Assembly: GCA_018136815.1 (NCBI GenBank)
Contig: CM030934.1
Span: 7,511,272 to 7,540,182 of the forward strand
Reading direction: 5' to 3'
DNA from: Isochrysis galbana
Lineage: Eukaryota
Length of the DNA: 28,911 nucleotides
In this document: positions 19,001-26,714 of the stretch, one piece after another
Layout of the letters: every line of letters starts with the position of its first letter
Numbering within the stretch: position 1 is the stretch's first letter
Program-made: the position numbers and the translations under genes
Notes under the pieces: generated by a model
What the model was told of the DNA's origin: nothing
What the model saw: the letters and a program-made list of their open reading frames with translations, nothing else
The model's database searches: none

Positions 19001-19963
19001 AAGATATCGTATGCCGTGGCGGCTAGCGCTTGGACCCCTGGCGTAGAAGCTCGTGATGCCACCGACGAGCCGTGCGCGGAGCCGGGCTCGCTCGCTAAGC
19101 GAATGTGCGCCAAGCTGTCCGCCAGCTCCGAGTGTACGCCGCTGGATGCCCTGGTGGACGCATGGGACGAGGAGGAGGAATCGCGCGGTCTGACCGAGAG
19201 CACTGGTGCGCCCCCGCGCGCCGTCGAGAGACGGGTCGAACCGTCTATCGTCGACCCGGCACATCCATCTTTGCTGTTGCTGCGGAAGGCGAAGAACTCC
19301 AAGATTGAGCAAGCTCCGCTGGTCATCGCACACGGGCTGCTCGGAGACCACCGCGGCTTCGGCAACCTGTGGGGCACTGCGCTGGCTCATAGCGACGTTT
19401 ACGCCCTAAGGCATCGCGGCCTGGACGGTTCCGCCGCTTTCCCTCTCGACGAGCATGGGTCGGCGGCCATGGTCGGCGAGTATGCTACCGCGCTGCTTGC
19501 ATGTTTCGGGGAGAAGCCGTTCGACGTGATCGGTGCATCATTTGGCGCAGCACTTGCTTTTCACGTCGCGCGCGCTGCGGGCGAGCTCGGCGCGCAGCCT
19601 CGTCGGATCGTGCTTGTCGACCCGCCGCCGGCAGTGCCAAGGGATCTGCCGGTGCCGCAGATGCTCTCGGAGCTCCGGTTGGCGGCAATGGGTGTGCTGC
19701 TGATTCATCTGCGGATCGAGATGGGGGCCGATGTGTGGACGCGCTTCCCTCAACTCACGACGTTGCCAGAGGAGGCGCTCGGCTGCTTCGTGGCAGCCCA
19801 GTGCCTACCTCGAGGCGCATCACACGCCGAGGTATTGGAGCTTGCCTCCACATTCGAGCGGATGCTGCCCGTGTACCGTCAGTGCCGGCACGCTCTCCAC
19901 ACGCTCTCAGTCAACATCGAGCCTTCTCGGGCATTGAGAGTGGGCATGAGCGAGCCATCTTGA
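6068..19963 (+). CDS. Giant multimodular type I PKS polypeptide segment (4631 aa); annotated start and end are both artefactual rather than true gene ends
   Basis: Uninterrupted frame-2 ORF with repeated KS, ECH, ECH, ABH, DH, KR and ACP motifs. The first Met lies inside the hydrolase repeat. The frame ends after a CCC to CC difference at about 19922 relative to 10382. Confidence 0.93.
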   Translation: MLPVYRQCRHALHTLSVNIEPFSGIESGHERAILMALSSDRWPTWCEMFPGVTEDALAPYGPVLSMRLAGKHIDVVTRCIGNREPIFTDALEGFLGCDSPSTWWETEQGASKGLLETSPLVLGARANYTARGLPSSADLRRNHADGLGMSLALARASALSTLPAMEGALQLARLQLARRPYPLWVLNAGAQPCSPASVSRPTFGGLLGLLRTVHAEAASAAAWHLDCCGDRLPESLAVASSSPASEPELCFAGQSARVPRLDRLGSTGSQAPAVDGVHLISGGTGGLGLLTGKWLGRQGAARVALASRSGRVAQASRSLIDQAERLRLLACACDVAEVRSLERSESVAALSCGIGMIFSQVVSLSFANAGMLSTRGRCHTFDARADGYVRGEGCYSMLLRSADDVEKAVFEGAAVQQDGKSASLTAPNGQAQRQLIRAALADASLLESDLFGYEAHGTGTPLGDPVEIRALEASVLVRRGGGRPLAIGSSKANWGHAEAAAGACGLVCLGLRLMAEQAPPNAQLRIMNVHVVETIAGSPGVMPVQLLSLASRQTPRHAGSVSSFGLNGTIAHGVMSRSWRDVKVADLTARFASTAPEFHRRRFAWSHGARRRARPTASSPTFAASKMYCISWRDIDPAVAPFSSDPLLDLVAPSPLCASAEEALILAERPTLPPGDGSLVSLTLHRDTRVAVLELNDPEHFNALSGEMAADMLRAVLWLRAQPASTVGSVVVQGRGPHFCPGGNLYKLRRGSSGRMTESARSSVDLFAGFVALRTLSVPVVSAVHGTVLGGGLAIALLTDCVVASKDATFQHGELTRGLTPAGLLTRSLAEAVGPVAAMRLYLRDEEVGTGEALSLGLVQHVCDTPEQAQAMASALAAGAVAAREVGVRALSLSERRILASEAWSQAKSAAGARRAPVAVSPSRPNLVWTSLPAVDDAAKSVPPIRVACDDDSGVSAIEFSCAQCAAVVAAQLEAAFEAIRNRTHRVLALVLCSATWQDVETASIEELLSVLTRLRSLRIPLISVVHGSVCGLGLLACEACDYRIGDGSSTAAAAHLIHEAAPNLDAAWERALEFAAWLAAQPSVGLAGTLELMRLPLQGAGMISSPRQALRNALRPPLPARAARVSSVVDKISYAVAASAWTPGVEARDATDEPCAEPGSLAKRMCAKLSASSECTPLDALVDAWDEEEESRGLTESTGAPPRAVERRVEPSIVDPAHPSLLLLRKAENSKIEQAPLVIAHGLLGDHRGFGNLWGTALAHSDVYALRHRGLDGSAAFPLDEHGSAAMVGEYATALLACFGEKPFDVIGASFGAALAFHVARAAGELGAQPRRIVLVDPPPAVPRDLPVPQMLSELRLAAMGVLLIHLRIEMGADVWTRFPQLTTLPEEALGCFVAAQCLPRGASHAEVLELASTFERMLPVYRQCRHALHTLSVNIEPFSGIESGHERAILMALSSDRWPTWCEMFPGVTEDALAPYGPVLSMRLAGKHIDVVTRCIGNREPIFTDALEGFLGCDSPSTWWETEQGASKGLLETSPLVLGARANYTARGLPSSADLRRNHADGLGMSLALARASALSTLPAMEGALQLARLQLARRPYPLWVLNAGAQPCSPASVSRPTFGGLLGLLRTVHAEAASAAAWHLDCCGDRLPESLAVASSSPASEPELCFAGQSARVPRLDRLGSTGSQAPAVDGVHLISGGTGGLGLLTGKWLGRQGAARVALASRSGRVAQASRSLIDQAERLRLLACACDVAEVSDTRLLLSCVAGSGGSELRGVWHAAGVLADCLMPSQSALSFRRVFAPKALGAWNLEHGCALAPLDACVLFSSVAALLGGSGQANYSAANCTLDATSCHRRLAGRNGSSVQWGPWADVGMAAEASIGALLRSYGFGMITMADGAHALGASLSPRTPMVHAMMIIEWDVFSTQFVHASRLLSNFTIEAQRTENSHEAHVVVPRAVVISLDEVLEVARSTIGSSSSYIDADVPLMESGLDSLGVVELRSRLQALVGDAVLLPATLVFEQPTARAIASLFDVAQEDPADMPTPGLVRKTDIAVQVAAMAVHGPRGAHDTSLLWQTLSTGQDCITSIDASRWGVEEAVLSELAPGVSHIRHGGFMRDADLFDNAFFFVSPAEAAIMDPMQRILLERGYEALHGSGYTRGDLVGLPMGVFVGIWASEYSEVMSRNGHLTSGYAPTALGCSMAAGRLSFALGLQGPCLSIDTACSSGLVAAHTSLRSLERSESVAALSCGIGMIFSQVVSLSFANAGMLSTRGRCHTFDARADGYVRGEGCYSMLLRSADDVEKAVFEGAAVQQDGKSASLTAPNGQAQRQLIRAALADASLLESDLFGYEAHGTGTPLGDPVEIRALEASVLVRRGGGRPLAIGSSKANWGHAEAAAGACGLVCLGLRLMAEQAPPNAQLRIMNVHVVETIAGSPGVMPVQLLSLASRQTPRHAGSVSSFGLNGTIAHGVMSRSWRDVKVADLTARFASTAPELHRWRFTWSESAHPFALQLLSESKSRRYASPAFGSLRDIVIDHVLHGRVVFPAAGFFEMVRAALQSFALQRRVCFLQLLTLDDATPSTIVICEVFVADRFEVRSEGEIPGSSTGTTHCAGSLDHVAALDGLRKASVTAIRRYCDVALDVALIYSTFRAAGLEYGRGFQQLGQVHCSPSAGIRVGRLHRRSHRQGTLVHPADLDAGLQLTASFSTFASDETRLPFSVSAAALYGASGHVWSVAQQQDVSTTAVSLVCPKERVHVGALIDGLEARVLKGRAPRTTVSACESRLFVIEWMPNDSLRSANDANTWTAQVVSMARCTMHSQQQMNGKSDFAATVSKISVSSDVRRNHADGLGMSLALARASALSTLPAMEGALQLARLQLARRPYPLWVLNAGAQPCSPASVSRPTFGGLLGLLRTVHAEAASAAAWHLDCCGDRLPESLAVASSSPASEPELCFAGQSTRVPRLDRLGSTGSQAPAVDGVHLISGGTGGLGLLTGKWLGRQGAARVALASRSGRVAQASRSLIDQAERLRLLACACDVAEVSDTRLLLSCVAGSGGSELRGVWHAAGVLADCLMPSQSALSFRRVFAPKALGAWNLEHGCALAPLDACVLFSSVAALLGGSGQANYSAANCTLDATSCHRRLAGRNGSSVQWGPWADVGMAAEASIGALLRSYGFGMITMADGAHALGASLSPRTPMVHAMMIIEWDVFSTQFVHASRLLSNFTIEAQRTENSHEAHVVVPRAVVISLDEVLEVARSTIGSSSSYIDADVPLMESGLDSLGVVELRSRLQALVGDAVLLPATLVFEQPTARAIASLFDVAQEDPADMPTPGLVRKTDIAVQVAAMAVHGPRGAHDTSLLWQTLSTGQDCITSIDASRWGVEEAVLSELAPGVSHIRHGGFMRDADLFDNAFFFVSPAEAAIMDPMQRILLERGYEALHGSGYTRGDLVGLPMGVFVGIWASEYSEVMSRNGHLTSGYAPTALGCSMAAGRLSFALGLQGPCLSIDTACSSGLVAAHTSLRSLERSESVAALSCGIGMIFSQVVSLSFANAGMLSTRGRCHTFDARADGYVRGEGCYSMLLRSADDVEKAVFEGAAVQQDGKSASLTAPNGQAQRQLIRAALADASLLESDLFGYEAHGTGTPLGDPVEIRALEASVLVRRGGGRPLAIGSSKANWGHAEAAAGACGLVCLGLRLMAEQAPPNAQLRIMNVHVVETIAGSPGVMPVQLLSLASRQTPRHAGSVSSFGLNGTIAHGVMSRSWRDVKVADLTARFASTAPEFHRRRFAWSQGARRRARPTASSPTFAASKMYCISWRDIDPAVAPFSSDPLLDLVAPSPLCASAEEALILAERPTLPPGDGSLVSLTLHRDTRVAVLELNDPEHFNALSGEMAADMLRAVLWLRAQPASTVGSVVVQGRGPHFCPGGNLYKLRRGSSGRMTESARSSVDLFAGFVALRTLSVPVVSAVHGTVLGGGLAIALLTDCVVASKDATFQHGELTRGLTPAGLLTRSLAEAVGPVAAMRLYLRDEEVGTGEALSLGLVQHVCDTPEQAQAMASALAAGAVAAREVGVRALSLSERRILASEAWSQAKSAAGARRAPVAVSPSRPNLVWTSLPAVDDAAKSVPPIRVACDDDSGVSAIEFSCAQCAAVVAAQLEAAFEAIRNRTRRVLALVLCSATWQDVETASIEELLSVLTRLRSLRIPLISVVHGSVCGLGLLACEACDYRIGDGSSTAAAAHLIHEAAPNLDAAWERALEFAAWLAAQPSVGLAGTLELMRLPLQGAGMISSPRQALRNALRPPLPARAARVSSVVDKISYAVAASAWTPGVEARDATDEPCAEPGSLAKRMCAKLSASSECTPLDALVDAWDEEEESRGLTESTGAPPRAVERRVEPSIVDPAHPSLLLLRKAKNSKIEQAPLVIAHGLLGDHRGFGNLWGTALAHSDVYALRHRGLDGSAAFPLDEHGSAAMVGEYATALLACFGEKPFDVIGASFGAALAFHVARAAGELGAQPRRIVLVDPPPAVPRDLPVPQMLSELRLAAMGVLLIHLRIEMGADVWTRFPQLTTLPEEALGCFVAAQCLPRGASHAEVLELASTFERMLPVYRQCRHALHTLSVNIEPSRALRVGMSEPS
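7082..7830 (+). other. C-terminal half of a KS fused directly to a KR fragment; lacks the active-site Cys half
   Basis: Starts at RSLERSESVAALSCG, retains EAHGTGTPLGDP and KANWGHAEAAAG, but the IDTACSSG segment is missing. Confidence 0.88.
8100..8800 (+). other. Enoyl-CoA hydratase/crotonase-like domain ECH1 (full)
   Basis: LTLHRDTRVAVLELNDPEHFNALSGEM...HGTVLGGGLAIALLTDCVVASKDATFQHGELTRGLTPAGLLTRSL...GEALSLGLVQHV. Confidence 0.83.
8895..9430 (+). other. Second crotonase-like domain ECH2 (divergent)
   Basis: AIEFSCAQCAAVVAAQLEAAFEAIRNRT...RVLALVLCSATWQDVETASIEELLSVLTRLRSLRIPLISVVHGSVCGLGLLACEACDYRIGDGSS matches the crotonase oxyanion-loop region. Confidence 0.75.
9740..10600 (+). other. Internal alpha/beta-hydrolase (thioesterase-like) domain
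   Basis: PLVIAHGLLGDHRGFGNLW; nucleophile elbow GASFG in DVIGASFGAALAFHVA; VLVDPPP; late His in AGKHIDVVTR. Confidence 0.8.
10610..11850 (+). other. Ketoreductase domain KR
   Basis: VDGVHLISGGTGGLGLLTGKWLG; VWHAAGVLADCL; CVLFSSVAALLGGSGQANYSAANCTLDATSCHRRLAG (Ser, Tyr and Asn motifs present). Confidence 0.88.
11935..12170 (+). other. ACP domain
   Basis: ADVPLMESGLDSLGVVELRSRLQALVGDAVLLPATLVFEQPTARAIASLF; Ser codon at 12047-12049. Confidence 0.92.
12205..13500 (+). other. Ketosynthase domain
   Basis: MDPMQRILLERGYEALHGSG, LSIDTACSSGLVAAHTSL, RGRCHTFDARADGYVRGEG, EAHGTGTPLGDP, KANWGHAEAAAG. Confidence 0.92.
13560..14460 (+). other. Dehydratase-like domain DH2
   Basis: DHVLHGRVVFPAAGFFEMVRAAL (HxxxGxxxxP) and QGTLVHPADLDAGLQLT. 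Unique within the window relative to flanking repeats. Confidence 0.8.
14589..15705 (+). other. Ketoreductase domain, near-identical copy of the upstream KR
   Basis: Colinear with 10737 onward at a constant offset of 3852 nt; GGTGGLG and YSAAN motifs. Confidence 0.88.
15787..16020 (+). other. ACP domain
   Basis: MESGLDSLGVVELRSRLQ; copy of the upstream ACP at +3852 nt. Confidence 0.92.
16057..17350 (+). other. Ketosynthase domain
   Basis: Same KS motifs as 12205-13500, offset +3852 nt. Confidence 0.92.
17640..18340 (+). other. ECH1 crotonase-like domain
   Basis: Copy of 8100-8800, offset +9540 nt. Confidence 0.83.
18435..18970 (+). other. ECH2 crotonase-like domain
   Basis: Copy of 8895-9430, offset +9540 nt. 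Confidence 0.75.
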
Positions 19964-20139
19964 TGGCGCTATCCTCTGACCGTTGGCCCACGTGGTGCGA
20001 GATGTTCCCAGGCGTGACGGAGGACGCGCTCGCGCCGTACGGCCCTGTTTTGTCGATGCGCCTGGCCGGCAAACACATTGATGTCGTGACGCGGTGCATC
20101 GGAAACCGCGAGCCCATCTTCACTGACGCGCTTGAAGGC
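19280..20139 (+). other. Alpha/beta-hydrolase domain, frame interrupted at about 19922
   Basis: Copy of 9740-10600. GAGCCCTTCTCGG in the other copies reads GAGCCTTCTCGG here. Confidence 0.8.
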
Positions 20140-23100
20140 TTCTTGGGATGCGATTCGCCCTCGACCTGGTGGGAGACGGAGCAGGGTGCTTCGAAGGGGC
20201 TGCTGGAGACGAGCCCACTCGTCCTTGGCGCTCGCGCGAATTATACGGCACGAGGGCTACCAAGCTCAGCAGACCTTCGGCGCAACCACGCCGATGGGCT
20301 TGGAATGAGCCTTGCGTTGGCTCGCGCATCTGCTCTGTCCACGTTGCGGCGATGGAGGGCGCGCTGCAGCTAGCGCGTCTGCAGTTGGCCCGTCGTCCCT
20401 ACCCGTTGTGGGTTCTGAATGCTGGCGCCCAGCCATGTAGCCCGCTTCCGTCTCGCGTCCCACATTTGGAGGCCTGCTCGGCCTCTTGCGCACGGTACAC
20501 GCTGAGGCTGCAAGCGCCGCTGCTTGGCACCTAGACTGCTGCGGCGATCGCCTGCCTGAGTCGTTGGCGGTTGCGTCGTCTTCGCCTGCATCGGAGCCGG
20601 AGCTGTGCTTCGCCGGCCAGTCTACGAGGGTGCCAAGGTTGGACCGTCTTGGCTCGACTGGTTCGCAAGCGCCGGCGGTCGACGGTGTGCATCTCATCTC
20701 TGGCGGCACGGGCGGCCTCGGCCTGCTCACGGGTAAGTGGCTCGGCCGCCAAGGTGCGGCGAGGGTCGCGCTGGCCTCCCGGAGTGGTCGCGTCGCGCAG
20801 GCGAGCAGATCCTTGATCGACCAAGCGGAACGTCTCCGATTATTGGCGTGTGCATGCGACGTAGCAGAGGTGTCTGACACGCGCCTTCTGCTCTCGTGTG
20901 TGGCTGGGTCTGGCGGCTCGGAGCTGAGGGGCGTGTGGCACGCAGCGGGTGTGCTCGCCGACTGTCTGATGCCCTCGCAAAGCGCTCTATCTTTCAGACG
21001 GGTGTTCGCGCCGAAAGCGCTCGGTGCTTGGAATCTCGAGCATGGATGCGCGCTGGCGCCGCTTGACGCGTGTGTGCTCTTCTCCTCAGTCGCTGCGTTG
21101 CTCGGAGGGAGTGGGCAAGCCAACTACTCCGCGGCCAATTGCACACTCGATGCGACAAGTTGCCATCGACGGCTGGCGGGACGGAATGGATCATCGGTGC
21201 AGTGGGGTCCTTGGGCCGACGTCGGGATGGCGGCGGAGGCCTCGATCGGCGCACTCTTGCGCAGCTACGGGTTTGGCATGATTACGATGGCCGATGGCGC
21301 GCACGCGCTGGGAGCGTCACTTTCACCGCGGACGCCGATGGTTCATGCGATGATGATCATTGAGTGGATGTCTTCTCCACACAATTTGTTCATGCGTCGC
21401 GTCTTCTGTCCAACTTCACCATCGAAGCACAACGGACGGAAAACAGCCATGAGGCGCATGTTGTTGTCCCTCGCGCTGTCGTCATCTCCCTCGACGAGGT
21501 GTTGGAAGTGGCCCGCTCGACCATCGGCTCGTCTTCATCGTACATCGATGCCGACGTGCCGTTGATGGAGTCCGGCCTCGACTCGCTGGGTGTGGTTGAA
21601 TTGAGGAGCCGGCTTCAAGCTCTTGTCGGTGACGCAGTTCTTCTTCCAGCGACCTTGGTCTTTGAGCAGCCAACTGCGCGCGCGATTGCTAGTCTTTTCG
21701 ATGTTGCTCAAGAGGACCCGCCGACATGCCCACTCCCGGCTTGGTGCGGAAGACTGACATCGCAGTGCAGGTTGCTGCAATGGCTGTCCATGGTCCTCGC
21801 GGAGCACACGACACCTCACTGCTGTGGCAGACGCTGTCCACGGGGCAAGACTGCATCACTTCTATCGACGCGTCGCGTTGGGGAGTCGAGGAGGCGGTTT
21901 TGTCCGAGTTGGCGCCTGGCGTTTCGCACATTCGACACGGCGGCTTCATGCGCGATGCGGACTTGTTCGACAACGCATTCTTCTTCGTGTCGCCAGCCGA
22001 GGCGGCCATCATGGACCCAATGCAGCGCATTTTGCTTGAGAGGGGCTATGAAGCACTGCATGGGAGCGGCTACACGAGGGGCGACTTGGTCGGCTTGCCG
22101 ATGGCGTCTTTGTTGGCATATGGGCTTCAGAGTATAGCGAGGTCATGTCGCGGAATGGTCATTTGACGAGTGGCTACGCTCCACGGCCTTAGGTTGCTCA
22201 ATGGCTGCTGGCCGCCTTTCGTTCGCCCTGGGGTTGCAGGCCCTTGCCTCAGTATCGACACCGCATGCTCGAGCGGACTCGTAGCTGCTCACACAAGCCT
22301 GCGATCCTTAGAACGCTCAGAGTCCGTTGCTGCGCTATCTGCGGCATCGGCATGATTTTCTCGCAGGTCGTGTCCCTTTCGTTCGCTAACGCAGGAATGT
22401 TGTCGACTCGAGGCCGCTGCCACACATTCGACGCTCGCGCCGATGGGTATGTTCGTGGCGAGGGCTGCTACTCGATGCTGCTACGGAGTGCCGACGACGT
22501 CGAGAAGGCTGTGTTCGAGGGCGCGGGCCGTGCAGCAGGATGGAAGTCAGCGTCACTCACCGCTCCAACGGCCAAGCCCAGCGGCAGCTCATCCGTGCGG
22601 CGCTTGCCGACGCATCGCTGCTCGAGTCCGACTTGTTCGGCTACGAGGTCACGGGACTGGACCCTCTCGGCGACCCGGTTGAATTCGAGCCCTCGAAGCG
22701 TCCGTTCTAGTCGCCGCGGTGGTGGTAGGCCGCTGGCTATCGGTTCGAGCAAGCGAATTGGGGCCACGCGGAAGCCGCCGCAGGAGCCTGTGGCTTGGTT
22801 TGTCTCGGACTACGTCTCATGGCGGAGCAGGCACTCCCAATGCGCAGCTCCGCATCATGAACGTGCACGTGGTCGAGACGATCGCCGGGTCACCTGGGGT
22901 GATGCCAGTGCAACTGCTTTCGCTAGCATCCCGGCAGACTCCCCGTCACGCGGGAAGCGTGTCGTCGTTCGGCTTGAATGGAACCATTGCACATGGTGTG
23001 ATGAGCCGCAGCTGGCGAGACGTGAAGGTTGCGGACTGACGGCACGATTCGCCTCGACTGCACCCGAGTTCCATCGCCGACGCTTTGCGTGGTCTCAAGG

Positions 23101-24642
23101 GGCGCGTCGCCGAGCGCGTCCGACGGCCAGCTCTCCTACGTTTGCAGCATCGAAGATGTATTGTATCTCATGGCGTGACATCGACCCGCGGTGGCGCCGT
23201 TCTCCTCCGATCCATTGCTCGACCTCGTCGCTCCCTACCTCTCTGTGCGAGTGCGGAGGAGGCGCTCATTTTGGCGGAGCGGCCGACGCTGCCACCCGGC
23301 GACGGCTCGCTGGTCTCTCTGACTCTACACCGCGACACCGCGTCGCGGTGCTCGAATGAATGACCCGGAGCACTTCAACGCGCTCAGCGGTGAGATGGCA
23401 GCCGATATGCTGCGGGCCGTGCTGTGGCTCCGTGCGCAGCCGGCTTCGACGGTCGGCTCAGTGGTCGTGCAGGGCAGAGGGCCGCACTTCTGCCCTGGTG
23501 GCAACCTGTACAAGTTGCGGCGTGGCAGCCGGGAGGATGAGGAGTCGGCCAGGAGCTCGTGGACTTATTCGCTGGTTTCGTCGCTCTGCGAACCCTGTCT
23601 GTTCCTGTCGTGAGGCGGTGCACGGCACTGTGCTCGGAGGCGGGCTCGCAATTGCCTTGCTCACCGACTGTGTAGTAGCGTCAAAAGACGCCACCTTCCA
23701 GCACGGCGAGCTCACGCGGGGTCTGACACCCGCGGGTCTGCTGACTCGGAGCCTTGCTGAGGCCGTCGGTCCGTCGCGGCCATGAGGCTCTACTTGCGCG
23801 ACGAGGAAGTCGGGACGGGAGAGGCGCTTTCCTCGGCTTGTGCAGCAGTTTGCGACACGCCAGAGAAGCACAGGCGATGGCGTCAGCGCTAGCCGCAGGC
23901 GCTGTTGCCGCGCGCGAGGTGGGCGTGCGTGCTCTTCGTTGTCGGAGCGCCGCATTCTCGCGTCGGAGGCTTGGTCGCAAGCCAAGTCTGCGCGGGCGCC
24001 CGCCGCGCTCCAGTGGCTGTCAGCCCTTCGCGACCGAATCTCGTGTGGACGTCGCTGCCTGCGGTGGATGACGCGGCCAAGTCGGTGCCCCGATTCGCGT
24101 CGCCTGTGACGACGATTCGGGCGTGAGTGCAATCGAGTTCTCTTGCGCTCAATGCGCAGCTGTCGTAGCAGCACAGCTCGAAGCCGCGTTCGAGGCGATA
24201 CGCAACCGGACCGCCGGTGCTTGCGCTCGTCTTGTGCAGTGCAACCTGGCAAGACGTGGAGACCGCGAGCATCGAGGAGCTCTTGTCTGCCTCACAAGGT
24301 TGCGATCCCTGCGCATCCCGCTCATCGCGTGGTGCATGGCAGCGTGTGCGGGCTCGGCTTGCTGGCTTGCGAGGCTGCGACTACAGGATTGGGGACGGAT
24401 CGAGCACCGCGCGGCAGCTCACCTGATTCACGAGGCCGCGCCAACCTTGATGCGGCTGGGGGCGTGCCTTGAGTTTGCGGCGTGGCTCGCAGCGCAGCCG
24501 TCTGTTGGGCTTGCAGGCACCTGGAGTTGATGCGCCTCCCGTTGCAGGGCGCAGGATGATTTCTAGTCACGCCAAGCGCTGCGAAACGCGTTGCGACCGC
24601 CACTTCCTGCGCGTGCCGCGCGGTATCCTCTGTCGTCGACAG
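19921..24642 (+). pseudogene. Frame-broken stretch covering ABH C-term, KR, ACP, KS, ECH1, ECH2; probably sequencing or consensus errors rather than a genuine pseudogene
   Basis: Near-identical to upstream copies but with many single-base differences in short homopolymers or dinucleotide contexts, overwhelmingly deletions. KR, ACP, KS and ECH peptides recur in alternating frames (for example 20486..21565, 21364..22137, 21726..22166, 22244..23359). Confidence 0.7.
21726..23040 (+). other. Ketosynthase domain, frame-interrupted copy
   Basis: MPTPGLVRKTDIAVQVAAMAVHGPRG...MDPMQRILLERGYEALHGSG in frame 3; downstream LSIDTACSSGLVAAHTSLRSLERSESVAAL (22170..22355); later GRCHTFDARADGYVRGEG in another frame. 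Confidence 0.85.
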
Positions 24643-26714
24643 ATATCGTATGCCGTGGCGGCTAGCGCTTGGACCCCTGGCGTAGAAGCTCGTGATGCCA
24701 CCGACGAGCCGTGCGCGGAGCCGGGCTCGCTCGCTAAGCGAATGTGCGCCAAGCTGTCCGCCAGCTCCGAGTGTACGCCGCTGGATGCCCTGGTGGACGC
24801 ATGGGACGAGGAGGAGGAATCGCGCGGTCTGACCGAGAGCACTGGTGCGCCCCCGCGCGCCGTCGAGAGACGGGTCGAACCGTCTATCGTCGACCCGGCA
24901 CATCCATCTTTGCTGTTGCTGCGGAAGGCGGAGAACTCCAAGATTGAGCAAGCTCCGCTGGTCATCGCACACGGGCTGCTCGGAGACCACCGCGGCTTCG
25001 GCAACCTGTGGGGCACTGCGCTGGCTCATAGCGACGTTTACGCCCTAAGGCATCGCGGCCTGGACGGTTCCGCCGCTTTCCCTCTCGACGAGCATGGGTC
25101 GGCGGCCATGGTCGGCGAGTATGCTACCGCGCTGCTTGCATGTTTCGGGGAGAAGCCGTTCGACGTGATCGGTGCATCATTTGGCGCAGCACTTGCTTTT
25201 CACGTCGCGCGCGCTGCGGGCGAGCTCGGCGCGCAGCCTCGTCGGATCGTGCTTGTCGACCCGCCGCCGGCAGTGCCAAGGGATCTGCCGGTGCCGCAGA
25301 TGCTCTCGGAGCTCCGGTTGGCGGCAATGGGTGTGCTGCTGATTCATCTGCGGATCGAGATGGGGGCCGATGTGTGGACGCGCTTCCCTCAACTCACGAC
25401 GTTGCCAGAGGAGGCGCTCGGCTGCTTCGTGGCAGCCCAGTGCCTACCTCGAGGCGCATCACACGCCGAGGTATTGGAGCTTGCCTCCACATTCGAGCGG
25501 ATGCTGCCCGTGTACCGTCAGTGCCGGCACGCTCTCCACACGCTCTCAGTCAACATCGAGCCCTTCTCGGGCATTGAGAGTGGGCATGAGCGAGCCATCT
25601 TGATGGCGCTATCCTCTGACCGTTGGCCCACGTGGTGCGAGATGTTCCCAGGCGTGACGGAGGACGCGCTCGCGCCGTACGGCCCTGTTTTGTCGATGCG
25701 CCTGGCCGGCAAACACATTGATGTCGTGACGCGGTGCATCGGAAACCGCGAGCCCATCTTCACTGACGCGCTCGTAGGCTTCTTGGGATGCGATTCGCCC
25801 TCGACCTGGTGGGAGACGGAGCAGGGTGCTTCGAAGGGGCTGCTGGAGACGAGCCCACTCGTCCTTGGCGCTCGCGCGAATTATACGGCACGAGGGCTAC
25901 CAAGCTCAGCAGACCTTCGGCGCAACCACGCCGATGGGCTTGGAATGAGCCTTGCGTTGGCTCGCGCATCTGCTCTGTCCACGTTGCCGGCGATGGAGGG
26001 CGCGCTGCAGCTAGCGCGTCTGCAGTTGGCCCGTCGTCCCTACCCGTTGTGGGTTCTGAATGCTGGCGCCCAGCCATGTAGCCCCGCTTCCGTCTCGCGT
26101 CCCACATTTGGAGGCCTGCTCGGCCTCTTGCGCACGGTACACGCTGAGGCTGCAAGCGCCGCTGCTTGGCACCTAGACTGCTGCGGCGATCGCCTGCCTG
26201 AGTCGTTGGCGGTTGCGTCGTCTTCGCCTGCATCGGAGCCGGAGCTGTGCTTCGCCGGCCAGTCTACGAGGGTGCCAAGGTTGGACCGTCTTGGCTCGAC
26301 TGGTTCGCAAGCGCCGGCGGTCGACGGTGTGCATCTCATCTCTGGCGGCACGGGCGGCCTCGGCCTGCTCACGGGTAAGTGGCTCGGCCGCCAAGGTGCG
26401 GCGAGGGTCGCGCTGGCCTCCCGGAGTGGTCGCGTCGCGCAGGCGAGCAGATCCTTGATCGACCAAGCGGAACGTCTCCGATTATTGGCGTGTGCATGCG
26501 ACGTAGCAGAGGTGTCTGACACGCGCCTTCTGCTCTCGTGTGTGGCTGGGTCTGGCGGCTCGGAGCTGAGGGGCGTGTGGCACGCAGCGGGTGTGCTCGC
26601 CGACTGTCTGATGCCCTCGCAAAGCGCTCTATCTTTCAGACGGGTGTTCGCGCCGAAAGCGCTCGGTGCTTGGAATCTCGAGCATGGATGCGCGCTGGCG
26701 CCGCTTGACGCGTG
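22300..26714 (+). repeat. Repeat unit U copy 3, incomplete; near-identity stops at about 26714
   Basis: Colinear with unit U. Indel-rich to 24642, then clean to 26714, then only paralogous similarity. Confidence 0.85.

Larger units (their letters stand above)
16620..22299 (+). repeat. Repeat unit U copy 2 (5680 nt as given; net -8 nt versus copy 1)
   Basis: Same anchor at 16620 and 22300. Gap-free match to 7080-10380 at offset 9540 up to about 19922, then indels. Confidence 0.88.

Noticed and set aside
19921-24642. True pseudogenised PKS modules
   Set aside because: Defects are mostly single-base deletions at short homopolymers on an otherwise near-identical background, so consensus error is more likely. 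Kept provisional because raw reads are not available.
7080-26714. Transposon or CRISPR-like origin of the repeats
   Set aside because: The repeats are coding PKS domains in direct orientation. No transposase, terminal inverted repeats or regularly spaced short repeats were noticed.
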